In this document: positions 49,377-57,968 of the stretch, piece by piece
How the letters are laid out: every line of letters begins with the position of its first letter
Position numbering within the stretch: the first letter of the stretch is position 1
Made by a program: the position numbers and the translations under genes
Assembly (NCBI GenBank): GCA_018672475.1
Contig: JABHFS010000052.1
Span: 4,697 to 68,696 of the forward strand
Source of the DNA: Gemmatimonadota bacterium
GTDB lineage: Bacteria > Latescibacterota > UBA2968 > UBA8231
DNA: 64,000 nt
Direction of reading: 5' to 3'
The notes under the pieces: generated by a model
Seen by the model: the letters and a program-made list of their open reading frames with translations, nothing else
Database searches by the model: none
What the model was told of the DNA's origin: nothing

Positions 49377-51196
49377 AGCCGCTACTGATCTGCGCGTTGG
49401 TATTTTGCGCACCGGCCGCCGAGGCTCTCGATACGCTGATGGTGGGCACAGGGCCGCGCAATTGGAGCTTGGTGCGCGAGTCGGCCCGTTTCGCGGGGGT
49501 AGCCGACGATTCGATTTGGACTTGGCAAGCCCCACGTGGGGTCAACCTGGCCGCAGGCTTAGCACAGCGCGGCGGCAGCGTATTGGTTGAGATTGAGGTC
49601 CCGACGATTACTGGCACTGAGACCGCGACCGCACCACGCGACGGTCTGCCGAACTGGACCGACGGTGACGCCGGTAGTGCCTGGGGGCCGGACGAGGACG
49701 AGAGCGTCGAACGGCGCGGAACTTTCTATATCGATTTGGGCGGTACGTTCCGCGTTGACCGTATCCGCTTTTTTCCGCGGCTCGATAACGAGCACAAAGG
49801 GCTGATCCTGGGATCCTTCGCCGTCGCGACCAGCTCAGGCGACGACGGCCCGCCGCTTTTCTCGCGTTACCGCAATGTGCCGCGTATGGCCTTCAATTTT
49901 TTTAATCCCAACCGGCAATCGGTTGTCGACGTGCTCTTTGAGCGGCGGGACGTGCGTTATATCCGACTGCAGTCGGCCGAAGGCGAGCCATGGGAATTGG
50001 CCGAGTTCGAAGTCTACGCGGAAGGTTCGGTGCCGATGGGTGAGTTTACTTCCACGCCGCTTTTTATCCGTGGCGGCTTCCCCATTTGGGGACAGGTGTT
50101 TTACGAGGACGGGCCAGTCGAAGATTTGCCCATTACGCTGCAGACCCGCACTGGCCCCGACGAGCAGCCGCTGCACTATTTTTTGCGTCGCGGCGATGAG
50201 TTAGAACAGGTCTCGCAACGCGACTACGAGCGTTTCAACCCCCTGGACTTCGCCGGTGCCGCCCAGGTCGAGTTAGGGCCGGTCCGTGCGAATCCCGAGT
50301 GGAGCCTCTGGCAGACGGTGGTCGACGGTTTGGTGGTGTCGCCGGCGCCGAGGCGCTATATCCAGTTCCGAGTGCTGATGACGGAGCCGGGGACGGTGAT
50401 CGAAGAATTTCTTTTCGAGTATGTCGAGCAACCACTGGTCGATGTGTTGCGAGCTGAAGTCAGTCCATTAGTGGTCGACGCGGGGGTGGAGACGGAATTC
50501 ACATTGTCCCTGGAGGCCCAGCTCAATCCGGGGCGCGGCGATACGGGTTTCCGCTATTTGCAGGTCAGGACCCCGGCGCTGGTAGGGACGGTGGAACGGG
50601 TGTTGGTAGACGACGAGGAGGTAGTTTTTACACCCACCTACGATGGCGAGGGTTTTACGGTCGACATCTGGCAACGGATAATCCAATCGGGGACCTTTGT
50701 CCAGGTGATCTTCAACGCAGCTATTTTGCGGGATGGGACTGCGTTCGAAGTACGGGCTTTGGATTTGCGGCCCGAGGCCGACGGCATAGAGCGGGTCTAC
50801 CAAACGGCGAGTCCGGCGGATGTGGACCCCTTTTCGGTCGGCGGCGAACTGGTGGTGCGGCTCAATCAGGAGGATCTAGGGTTGCTCGACGCGCTGACGG
50901 TAGAGCAGTCGGTGCTCACGCCCAATGGCGACGGTGTCAACGACGTTTTCGCGGTGGCGTACAATCTGCTCAAGTTGACGGAACCGGCGCCGGTCTTTTT
51001 TCAGATCTTTGATTTGGGCGGGCGGTTGCTGGTCGAAGGAGCGAGCGAGGATCGGCACGGGCATTTTACCCGGCTGTGGCGCGGGTTGGATGCGCGGGGG
51101 CAGCGGGTCGAGCCGGGCTTGTATATTTACAGGGTTAAGGTTGAGGCGGATGTGGGGGTGGAGAGCCGGCAGGGTGTGGTGCAGGTGGCGTATTGA
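49373..51196 (+). CDS. secreted discoidin-like (F5/8 type C-like) domain protein with T9SS-type C-terminal sorting domain
   Basis: Signal peptide; C-terminal 100 aa LTPNGDGVNDVF...IFDLGGRLL...WRGLDARGQRVEPGLYIYRV pattern typical of Por-secretion tail / gliding-motility C-terminal domains. Confidence 0.65.
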   Translation: MKPLLICALVFCAPAAEALDTLMVGTGPRNWSLVRESARFAGVADDSIWTWQAPRGVNLAAGLAQRGGSVLVEIEVPTITGTETATAPRDGLPNWTDGDAGSAWGPDEDESVERRGTFYIDLGGTFRVDRIRFFPRLDNEHKGLILGSFAVATSSGDDGPPLFSRYRNVPRMAFNFFNPNRQSVVDVLFERRDVRYIRLQSAEGEPWELAEFEVYAEGSVPMGEFTSTPLFIRGGFPIWGQVFYEDGPVEDLPITLQTRTGPDEQPLHYFLRRGDELEQVSQRDYERFNPLDFAGAAQVELGPVRANPEWSLWQTVVDGLVVSPAPRRYIQFRVLMTEPGTVIEEFLFEYVEQPLVDVLRAEVSPLVVDAGVETEFTLSLEAQLNPGRGDTGFRYLQVRTPALVGTVERVLVDDEEVVFTPTYDGEGFTVDIWQRIIQSGTFVQVIFNAAILRDGTAFEVRALDLRPEADGIERVYQTASPADVDPFSVGGELVVRLNQEDLGLLDALTVEQSVLTPNGDGVNDVFAVAYNLLKLTEPAPVFFQIFDLGGRLLVEGASEDRHGHFTRLWRGLDARGQRVEPGLYIYRVKVEADVGVESRQGVVQVAY

Positions 51197-51237
51197 CAAT
51201 GGGCCAATTGGGGTTGCCGGGATACTGATGACGCGGC

Positions 51238-51420
51238 TTAGCGCGTCGTTGAGGTCCATAGGTGCAGAAACTTAGAGATATTCGTCGCCCTATCAAAGGC
51301 CGGGCCGGCGAGATTGTAGCGGTGCAAATCGGTGGAGATGGTGTCTGGGGTGATCTCCTGCCCCATCATTTTTTGCGCGAAGTCGTAGGAGAAGCGGCCC
51401 TTGCCGTGGCCGACGTCGAG
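51238..51420 (-). pseudogene. remnant of a class I SAM-dependent methyltransferase (motif I only), truncated
   Basis: Minus-strand frame translates NLDVGHGKGRFSYDFAQKMMGQEITPDTISTD (VLDVGCGTG-like motif I plus post-I) then stops at 51238; no upstream start, no remainder of domain. Confidence 0.3.
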
Positions 51421-51481
51421 GTTTTGTGCGGGTCTTGCACTTGTGCCCCGGTTTCGTTGGGGGTGTATTTGCTGTTGGAGG

Positions 51482-52342
51482 TTAAGCGTATGTCACTGGC
51501 CGCCGCCAGTTCGTGTCGAAGCCGCGCTCTTTGAGGATGCGGCCGCCTGTTGCAAAATGGCGGCCGACGGTAGCGACGCCGTGTGAGTCGTCACCAGGCA
51601 CCAAGGCGATGCCCAATTCCAAGGCGATGTTGAGGATTGGAGCGGATACATAGGGCTCGTCGGCGCCTTTGTCGAGCGCGGCGAGGTTGAAATCGAGGAT
51701 CAGGTCCAGCTCGCGGATGCGTTCGAGGTTGCGGCGGATATGGCGCAGGATCTCTGGGTCCTTTAAACGAGTTTTATAATCGCCGGGGTCGCGCAAGCGG
51801 ATCAGGTCGAAGTGGCCGACGACGGCGGGGTGCAGCGTTTCGATCATATCGAGCTGAAGATCAAAATACTGGCAGTAGAGTGCTTCGATGCTACCGAGTT
51901 TTTGTGCGGCCTGCGCGTAGATCTCAGGGGGACCGTCGATCATAATATCATGCACGTGGTGTACCGAACCGACGATATAGTCGGGTCGGTATTTTTCTAT
52001 GAGCTGTTTTGTTGCTGCGAAGGCGCCGGTATAGGACTCGCACTCGAAACCGACATAGAGGTCGACCGCATCGGCGTATTTCTTTTGCAGCGCTTTGCAC
52101 GTTGTCATATAACGGTCGAAGCGCTCGTATTGTGCCGCCATATCGAGGCCCAAGGCCCGCTCTTCGTCAAGGGTAAACTCGTCGCTGACCGGCGGCATAT
52201 GCTCGGTGATGCCAAACCAGCTAAAGCCGCGTGCGATATATTCTTTGACCATCTCTTCGAGGGACTCACCTTCGGCGTGGCTGCAGAAATCGATACTGTG
52301 GCCGCCGTGTACTGAGGCGAGTGCGGGTTTGTCATCGGACAT
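51482..52342 (-). CDS. PHP-domain phosphoesterase (histidinol-phosphatase HisJ-like)
   Basis: HGGHSIDFCSHAEGE N-terminal PHP metal motif, C-terminal GDDSHGVATVG. Confidence 0.7.
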   Translation of the reverse strand: MSDDKPALASVHGGHSIDFCSHAEGESLEEMVKEYIARGFSWFGITEHMPPVSDEFTLDEERALGLDMAAQYERFDRYMTTCKALQKKYADAVDLYVGFECESYTGAFAATKQLIEKYRPDYIVGSVHHVHDIMIDGPPEIYAQAAQKLGSIEALYCQYFDLQLDMIETLHPAVVGHFDLIRLRDPGDYKTRLKDPEILRHIRRNLERIRELDLILDFNLAALDKGADEPYVSAPILNIALELGIALVPGDDSHGVATVGRHFATGGRILKERGFDTNWRRPVTYA

Positions 52343-52354
52343 AGTGAGAGGGCC

Positions 52355-53170
52355 TTATTTATAGGTTAGCTTGGCTTCTTCGCCGCGTTTTTTTAAACCG
52401 TCAATCATAAACTTGTGATAGGGTGTGGTCGGGTTGTGGCCTACGGGGCGCATGTCGGCGGCGTGGAAACCGATGCGCACCGAACGTCGCCAACTGTCGC
52501 TTTGGTTTTGCTCAGACCAGTGGATCAGATAATAGCTGAAAAAGATCACGTCGCCGGCTTTTGCAGGCACGGGCAGACTTTCAGTGATGCTGGGGTGGTA
52601 CAGGTCGGGCGGTAGATAGGGCCGGGTGTGTTCGCCTTCGATGTGTTCTAATGGCCCCTGTTTGTGGCTGCCGGGTAAGACGCGCAGACAGCCGCTTGCT
52701 AAGGGCGCGTCGTCGAGGTGGACTAGACAGTCAACGAAGTGCGGGCCGTCGTGAGGGTAGAAGGGGTAGTCTTGGTGCATCGGGAAGGGCGTGCCGCGTT
52801 CTGGTGGTTTGGCGTGCAGTACCGAGTGGTGCCATTGTACGGCGGAGCCGATTAGGGCGCGCACACTGTCGTTGAGCCCCTGGTGAAATAGCACCCGACC
52901 CCAGGCTGCCGAGTAGTACTGCGGGTTACTGAGAAAGACGGCGCGTGTCTCTTGCTGTTGGCCTTCGGGCAGGTAGTGGTCGCGCCAGGGGCCGCGCCAG
53001 CCGATGCTGTCTTCACCCCACCACTCGTCGATGATGCCGTTCATCTCGTCGCCCAGCTCTTTGACTTCGTCTGAGTCGAATAGGCCTTCGGCCTTGAAAT
53101 AACCATCGCTATGGTATTGGTCGATTTGTGTTGGGCTCAACTGGAAGTCTCTACTGGTCGTCATAGTCAT
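52355..53170 (-). CDS. phytanoyl-CoA dioxygenase (PhyH) family Fe(II)/2-oxoglutarate oxygenase, copy 1
   Basis: N-terminal LSPTQIDQYHSDGYF, facial triad HQD...H. Confidence 0.75.
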   Translation of the reverse strand: MTMTTSRDFQLSPTQIDQYHSDGYFKAEGLFDSDEVKELGDEMNGIIDEWWGEDSIGWRGPWRDHYLPEGQQQETRAVFLSNPQYYSAAWGRVLFHQGLNDSVRALIGSAVQWHHSVLHAKPPERGTPFPMHQDYPFYPHDGPHFVDCLVHLDDAPLASGCLRVLPGSHKQGPLEHIEGEHTRPYLPPDLYHPSITESLPVPAKAGDVIFFSYYLIHWSEQNQSDSWRRSVRIGFHAADMRPVGHNPTTPYHKFMIDGLKKRGEEAKLTYK

Positions 53171-53188
53171 TCCTCTATGGTCGTTTCT

Positions 53189-54184
53189 TTAATCTATTAA
53201 ACCCGGCGTGTGCAGGACCATATCGTCATCGAGGCTGCGCTGGGCGGGGATATTTTTTTCTTCGAGCTTGCTGCGGTACCGTTTGACGCCTTCTTCTGGG
53301 CTGGTGTCCCCATCGGCGACTAGGCGAAGGACTTCGAGGAAGGCTAGCGGGTCCTCGCTGCCTTTGATACGGCGACCGAAGAGCGCCAAGCGCGCACCGT
53401 ATTTTCTGGCTTCAGAGATGAGTTTATAGGCGTCATAGGTGGTGCTGGTGGTACCGCCTAAGATACCGACGATGACGCTTGTGTCATAACCGACCAGGGC
53501 TTCCATCGTCTCGGGGCCGTTGTAGGCAATTTTGAGGAATTCGGGGCGTGAGGCGCGCGGGATACCGGCGAGCATTCGGGCGATCTGGTCGTTGACGAAA
53601 TGCGGGATCTGCTCGGGGGCAATGCCACAATCGGCGACATTGGGGTTAAAGACCTCTAGGAAATATTTGAAGTCTTTGGTGTTGGCTTCGATGCGAAAGG
53701 CCTTGAAACATTCGAGGGAGTGCAAGTCGGCCGCGAGGTCGTTATTGAAGGTGATCGAGTAGAGGCCGAGGTTGATATCGGGTTGCTGGTCGGGCGCGGG
53801 GGTTAGAGTGCCGTATTGCGCTTCTTCGATGGTGGTAGTCGCAAAGGGTTTTGAAGGGTAGTGAGTGTAATTGGAACCACGGGCGTTCCAGATGTCGGTG
53901 GTATCATTGGCGCGTACGGCGGGGGTGACGGATGACTCGTCGAAGATGCATTTTTCACGCGCGAGGATGTCCATATTAGCGACGGAGGCGAGCAGGATAT
54001 CGATGTTCGCCTGTTCGACGAGGGTGACGAGCTCGTCGCAGAAGGTTTGCATCGAGCCGGAGCGGTCGTCGAGGGTGCCTAGGCCGCGAGACATATCGGC
54101 GTCGGCGGCGTAGGCGATGATGAAGGTGTTGTTTTTGGGGTTTTGGCGGATGTCGGCGAGTTTGGTGTCGAGGGTTTTTTGCAT
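53189..54184 (-). CDS. hypothetical protein, possibly aldolase-type TIM-barrel enzyme
   Basis: 331 aa, alternating beta/alpha character, weak resemblance to class I aldolase/DeoC-like families; assignment tentative. Confidence 0.45.
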   Translation of the reverse strand: MQKTLDTKLADIRQNPKNNTFIIAYAADADMSRGLGTLDDRSGSMQTFCDELVTLVEQANIDILLASVANMDILAREKCIFDESSVTPAVRANDTTDIWNARGSNYTHYPSKPFATTTIEEAQYGTLTPAPDQQPDINLGLYSITFNNDLAADLHSLECFKAFRIEANTKDFKYFLEVFNPNVADCGIAPEQIPHFVNDQIARMLAGIPRASRPEFLKIAYNGPETMEALVGYDTSVIVGILGGTTSTTYDAYKLISEARKYGARLALFGRRIKGSEDPLAFLEVLRLVADGDTSPEEGVKRYRSKLEEKNIPAQRSLDDDMVLHTPGLID

Positions 54185-54297
54185 GGGCGTCTTCTCTTAA
54201 GCTGTGGGTGGGACGGGCTGCCCGAGGGTATTTCGGTGGTGTGCCATCGCATGCTCTCTGCACAGGATAATATTCATTGGTGGAGTTATTGGCCTAC

Positions 54298-55116
54298 TTA
54301 AAAATCGTAGGCGACCGACCAGCTAAGGGCCTGTCCGCGCGCGACGGTGCGTTCGAGGAACGGCTCCCAGGAGAAGGTGTTCTTGTTGCCCCAGATCGGG
54401 AAGAAGCTGGGGATATAGCTGCAGGTTGCCGCGATCAGGCCGAGCTTCGGGTGCTTCTGGAAGACGATAAGATTTTCGGTGGCATCGTGGTCGAGGGCCT
54501 GGAAGGGACCGGCCTGGGTCCAGGGCCAATTCTTGCGGGCGATAAAACCGCTGTCGGCTATCGCGAGGCCGTCGTTGTCGGGAAAGCTGACGGGGATGTT
54601 GAACTTGCAGAGTTCGTCGGTGGTTTCGAGTTGTGGGAAGAAGGGGTGTGGGAACCAACTGATGGGGATGGAGCTCTGACCGGTGTTTTTGAGGTGAATC
54701 TGCGAGTGTACAGTGCGGCCGGTGACACTGACTTGCCGCTCGAGTTCGAGGGCATATTTGCCGACGCTCTGCGCGGTGCGCATGGTGATCGACGCGTCGG
54801 TCTGCTTGATATCCCAGGTGCAGAATTCCTTGACGGTATTGCTCGCGAGGTCGCAGTGGCCGATGCCGATGATCTGCCCTTCGGTATCGGTGCGCTCGGC
54901 GCGCAGCGGATTGTGGTTGAAGGCGTCGGGGATGCCCTGGCCATCGAAGACGTTGAAGCTATCGGGGTATGTCGGGCCGGAGAGCAGCGGGCCGACGTTG
55001 GCGTCGTCTACTTGGAATATATAACCGCCGGTGCAGTAGCGGGTGCCGAAGCGCTCCTGGTCGGCGACGGGGTCGAGCAGGGTGACGGTGAGGTTTTGGT
55101 TTTGGATGGTATACAT
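54298..55116 (-). CDS. galactose-mutarotase-like fold protein (aldose-epimerase-like / DUF4380-like)
   Basis: IHLKNTGQSSIPISWFPHPFF resembles mutarotase motif (N.G...P...G.HPYF). Confidence 0.45.
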   Translation of the reverse strand: MYTIQNQNLTVTLLDPVADQERFGTRYCTGGYIFQVDDANVGPLLSGPTYPDSFNVFDGQGIPDAFNHNPLRAERTDTEGQIIGIGHCDLASNTVKEFCTWDIKQTDASITMRTAQSVGKYALELERQVSVTGRTVHSQIHLKNTGQSSIPISWFPHPFFPQLETTDELCKFNIPVSFPDNDGLAIADSGFIARKNWPWTQAGPFQALDHDATENLIVFQKHPKLGLIAATCSYIPSFFPIWGNKNTFSWEPFLERTVARGQALSWSVAYDF

Positions 55117-55119
55117 GGT

Positions 55120-55521
55120 CTATCGCGCTTTCGTGTTAGTGGGGGTCGCCCAATTGTAGCTTGCTGGCGCCGGAGACCTGGGCTTCGAGATCGCCGCCCT
55201 TACCGCTAAGGGTAAGGCGGCTGGCGCCGGAGATTTAGGCAGTTCAGGTCTCCGGTGCTCATCGAGCCAGATAGGGTACCGGCGCCAGAGACTGAGAGCC
55301 CGACGGCCGTGCTCGGTGGTGAAGCCGGATATTGCGCCGTGTGCGGCGTCGCTGAGCGAGAGGCTGTGCAAATCGGGCAGGGCGATATCGACTTTGAGCG
55401 TAATGTCGAGTCTTGAGTCCTTTTGATAGACCTGATTGAAGCCATTGTAGTCGGTAGCCATATTCTGGATCTGATGGGCGAAGTGGAATTTTTCAATTTT
55501 GGTGATTTCCGGTGTGACCAT
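55120..55521 (-). CDS. doubtful small ORF; only N-terminal 75 aa look protein-like
   Basis: C-terminal half is low-complexity read-through of a GC-rich repeat/hairpin region (55160-55232). Confidence 0.2.
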   Translation of the reverse strand: MVTPEITKIEKFHFAHQIQNMATDYNGFNQVYQKDSRLDITLKVDIALPDLHSLSLSDAAHGAISGFTTEHGRRALSLWRRYPIWLDEHRRPELPKSPAPAALPLAVRAAISKPRSPAPASYNWATPTNTKAR

Positions 55522-55551
55522 GGCAAACTTCTTGCGGGTAGGGTCGGGAGT

Positions 55552-57015
55552 TCAGGAGTTGCTGATTGCCTGGGCGATAATGGCGATCAGCAACTCCGGT
55601 TTGACCGGTTTGGTCAGGAAGTCGTCGATACCCACTTCGAGACAGGATTGCCGCTCTTGGTCGTGGGAGTGGCCGGTCAGGGCGATGGCTGGGGTGCGTC
55701 GTCCCGTTTCGCGCTGGCGCAACTTTTGTATGGTTTCGAGCCCGCCCATCACTGGCATCTCCAGATCGATCAGTATCACGTCGAAATGTTGCTCCGCGAG
55801 CAAGTCGAGCGCCGCGCGACCATCGGTGACCAGGGTCACCTGGTGATGCCTCTTGGTCAGGATGCTCGACATCATCTGTTGGTAGAAGGTGTTGTCCTCG
55901 GCCAGCAGAATACGCCAGGGGCCAGTGGCGGTGGGTTTGGGCTTATCGGCGGTGGGTTGGTCTACCGCCAGCGGCAGCGAAAAAGAGAAGGTCGTCCCCT
56001 CGCCCACCGCGCTTTCGACCTGGATTTTGCTGCCGTGTCCTTCGACTATGCGCCGCACTATGGCCAGTCCTAGCCCGGTGCTGGGCTCGTCCTCGGTCGA
56101 TTTGACCGAGGTTTTGTGGAAGGGCTCAAAGATCTGGGCGAGTTCTTCGGATGGGATGCCCTGGCCCTGGTCCTGAATTGTGATGATCGCTTCATTGTCC
56201 CGGCGCTGCGCGCTGACGCGGATGGTCGTGTGCGGATGCGAATATTGGCAGGCGTTGCTCAATAGATTGTTGAAGACCTGTTCGATCTTCGGCTCGTCCA
56301 GCGGCGAGGGCGGCAGTTCGTCGGGCATAGTGAATTCGATCTCGATCTGCTTGCGCTCGGCGAAGACGCGGTTGAGCATGACGATGCGCGTCAGGAACTC
56401 GCGCAAGTCTACTGGGGCCAGGGCGAGTTCGAGGTTGCCGGACTCGATCTTCGAAATGTCGAGCAATTCGTTGACCATCCCCAGCATGAATGTGCTGGAG
56501 GTGTGGATGTGCTGCAAAAACGAGCGGTGCTCTGTACCGATTGCATCGGTCAGCTCTTCCAGCAATAGCTCGCTGTAGGTGGCAACGACCCCCAGTGGAT
56601 TGCGCATGTCGTGGGCCGCCATACCGAGGAATTGGTTTTTCTGCTCGTTGAGGCGTTCGAGCCTAGCATTCTGTTTGGCCATTTTCCGCTGGGCAGTGGC
56701 CAATTCGTTGTTGAGCTGGGTCATCTGCTCGTAAATCTCATTGTTCGGCGTGGTGGCGCGGTCCTTCATTAGCTTATGAAGCTCGTTGGTCTGCTCGTTG
56801 TTAATCAACAAAATTTCTTCGTAGCAGGAGGACATGTCCGAGCGGGACAGCGAACCGACGATCAGCAGGCCCTCGGCCATCTGACCGGCAGCGGCGTGGA
56901 TGGGTACTGCCTGTCCGTTCAGGCTGAGCGAGAACTCCCAGTCGAAGACAGCGCTCGAGCGCTGCACCTCGGCCAGCATATTTTCGACCTTCACCGTGCT
57001 GGCGGAATCGACCAA
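55552..57015 (-). CDS. hybrid sensor histidine kinase with C-terminal receiver domain, cytoplasmic
   Basis: H-box MAAHDMRNPLGVV, HATPase N/G boxes, REC domain RILLAEDN...DVILIDLEMPVMGG; TTG start, no SD. Confidence 0.85.
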   Translation of the reverse strand: MVDSASTVKVENMLAEVQRSSAVFDWEFSLSLNGQAVPIHAAAGQMAEGLLIVGSLSRSDMSSCYEEILLINNEQTNELHKLMKDRATTPNNEIYEQMTQLNNELATAQRKMAKQNARLERLNEQKNQFLGMAAHDMRNPLGVVATYSELLLEELTDAIGTEHRSFLQHIHTSSTFMLGMVNELLDISKIESGNLELALAPVDLREFLTRIVMLNRVFAERKQIEIEFTMPDELPPSPLDEPKIEQVFNNLLSNACQYSHPHTTIRVSAQRRDNEAIITIQDQGQGIPSEELAQIFEPFHKTSVKSTEDEPSTGLGLAIVRRIVEGHGSKIQVESAVGEGTTFSFSLPLAVDQPTADKPKPTATGPWRILLAEDNTFYQQMMSSILTKRHHQVTLVTDGRAALDLLAEQHFDVILIDLEMPVMGGLETIQKLRQRETGRRTPAIALTGHSHDQERQSCLEVGIDDFLTKPVKPELLIAIIAQAISNS

Positions 57016-57153
57016 TTCGAGAAAGGGGCGACCGATCCAGTCGGTCGTTTCCCCACCCAGAGTGTTGCACAGTATTTTGGCAATTTTGCCCTCGGGGTTG
57101 CAGAGCAGGCCGAGGCAGACTTGGGGGGCGTCGACGTCTATAGCGGCTCTCCT

Positions 57154-57873
57154 TTACACCAATTGGTTGGCGGTTGCGATGGCGTCATCGGCGTTGTTGG
57201 CCATCGCATCGGCACCAATCTGTCGCCAGAGTTCGCGATCGACGACGAAGGGGTAGCCACCGACTAGGATTTTTACCTCGGCGCATTCCGGGGTGCGCCG
57301 TACCTGGGCGATGAGATCGGCCACGGTCTGCACGTGGCAGGTCATGGTCGCCGAGACGCCGAGTACGTGGGCCTGGTGCTCGATCACGTTCTGCACCACG
57401 ATGTCGGCAGTCGTATTGGCTCCCAGATAGAAGGTGTCCCAACCCTCCATTTCGAAGAAATCAGCCACCATGCGCACTCCCAGCTCGTGCAGATCGCCGC
57501 CGGTACAGGCGACCACCAGACGGTGTCCGGTCTTGTTATGGGAGAACAGGTAGGGGTAGAGCTGGGATATGATCAACTGGGTGGCTGCGGTGCAAAAGTG
57601 CTCCTGGGCGACGCTGATCTCGTTTCTCTGCCACAGCCGCCCGATCTCGTACTGGCTATTCTGGAAAACCTCAATGTAGACGGTCTTGATCGGCGCGCCG
57701 TCTTTGACCGCCTCGGTGACCAACTGGCTGGCCTCGTGCCGGTTGCCCGCCAACAGCAGGCCCAAATAGCGCTGGCCCAGGTCTCCGAGCTCGCTTTCGA
57801 CATTCAGGTACGTAGTCAGTTGTGACGGCATAGCGGTCAGAAGTTGGCCTAATTCGATATTGGCGTCACACAT
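57154..57873 (-). CDS. cobalamin (B12)-binding domain protein (B12-binding_2 helical bundle plus Rossmann B12-binding)
   Basis: DxHxxG lower-ligand motif GGDLHELG, SxL and GG motifs; same reading frame as downstream histidine kinase, separated by one TAA. Confidence 0.8.
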   Translation of the reverse strand: MCDANIELGQLLTAMPSQLTTYLNVESELGDLGQRYLGLLLAGNRHEASQLVTEAVKDGAPIKTVYIEVFQNSQYEIGRLWQRNEISVAQEHFCTAATQLIISQLYPYLFSHNKTGHRLVVACTGGDLHELGVRMVADFFEMEGWDTFYLGANTTADIVVQNVIEHQAHVLGVSATMTCHVQTVADLIAQVRRTPECAEVKILVGGYPFVVDRELWRQIGADAMANNADDAIATANQLV

Positions 57874-57968
57874 GTGAGCTCCAGATGTTGGAATCAGAGA
57901 CTGATAAAATCGAAAAAGCGCAGTTCCTCAAGGCTTTGGCACAGATACAATTATGAATATAAGGAAAA

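Noticed and set aside
51262-51534. Plus-strand ORF 51262..51534
   Set aside because: It is the antisense of the methyltransferase motif-I remnant and of the PHP gene 3' end, and has no features of its own.
55206-55526. Minus-strand ORF 55206..55526 and the C-terminal half of 55120..55521
   Set aside because: The translations are Ser/Pro/Thr-rich low complexity produced by reading through a GC-rich repeat-hairpin element. Only the first 75 codons of the 55521 frame look protein-like.
57874-57968. Sigma-54 -24/-12 promoter at TGGCACagatacaatt upstream region of the B12-binding gene
   Set aside because: The TGGCAC hexamer is on the wrong strand relative to the minus-strand gene, and the -12 TTGC element is missing at the required spacing.
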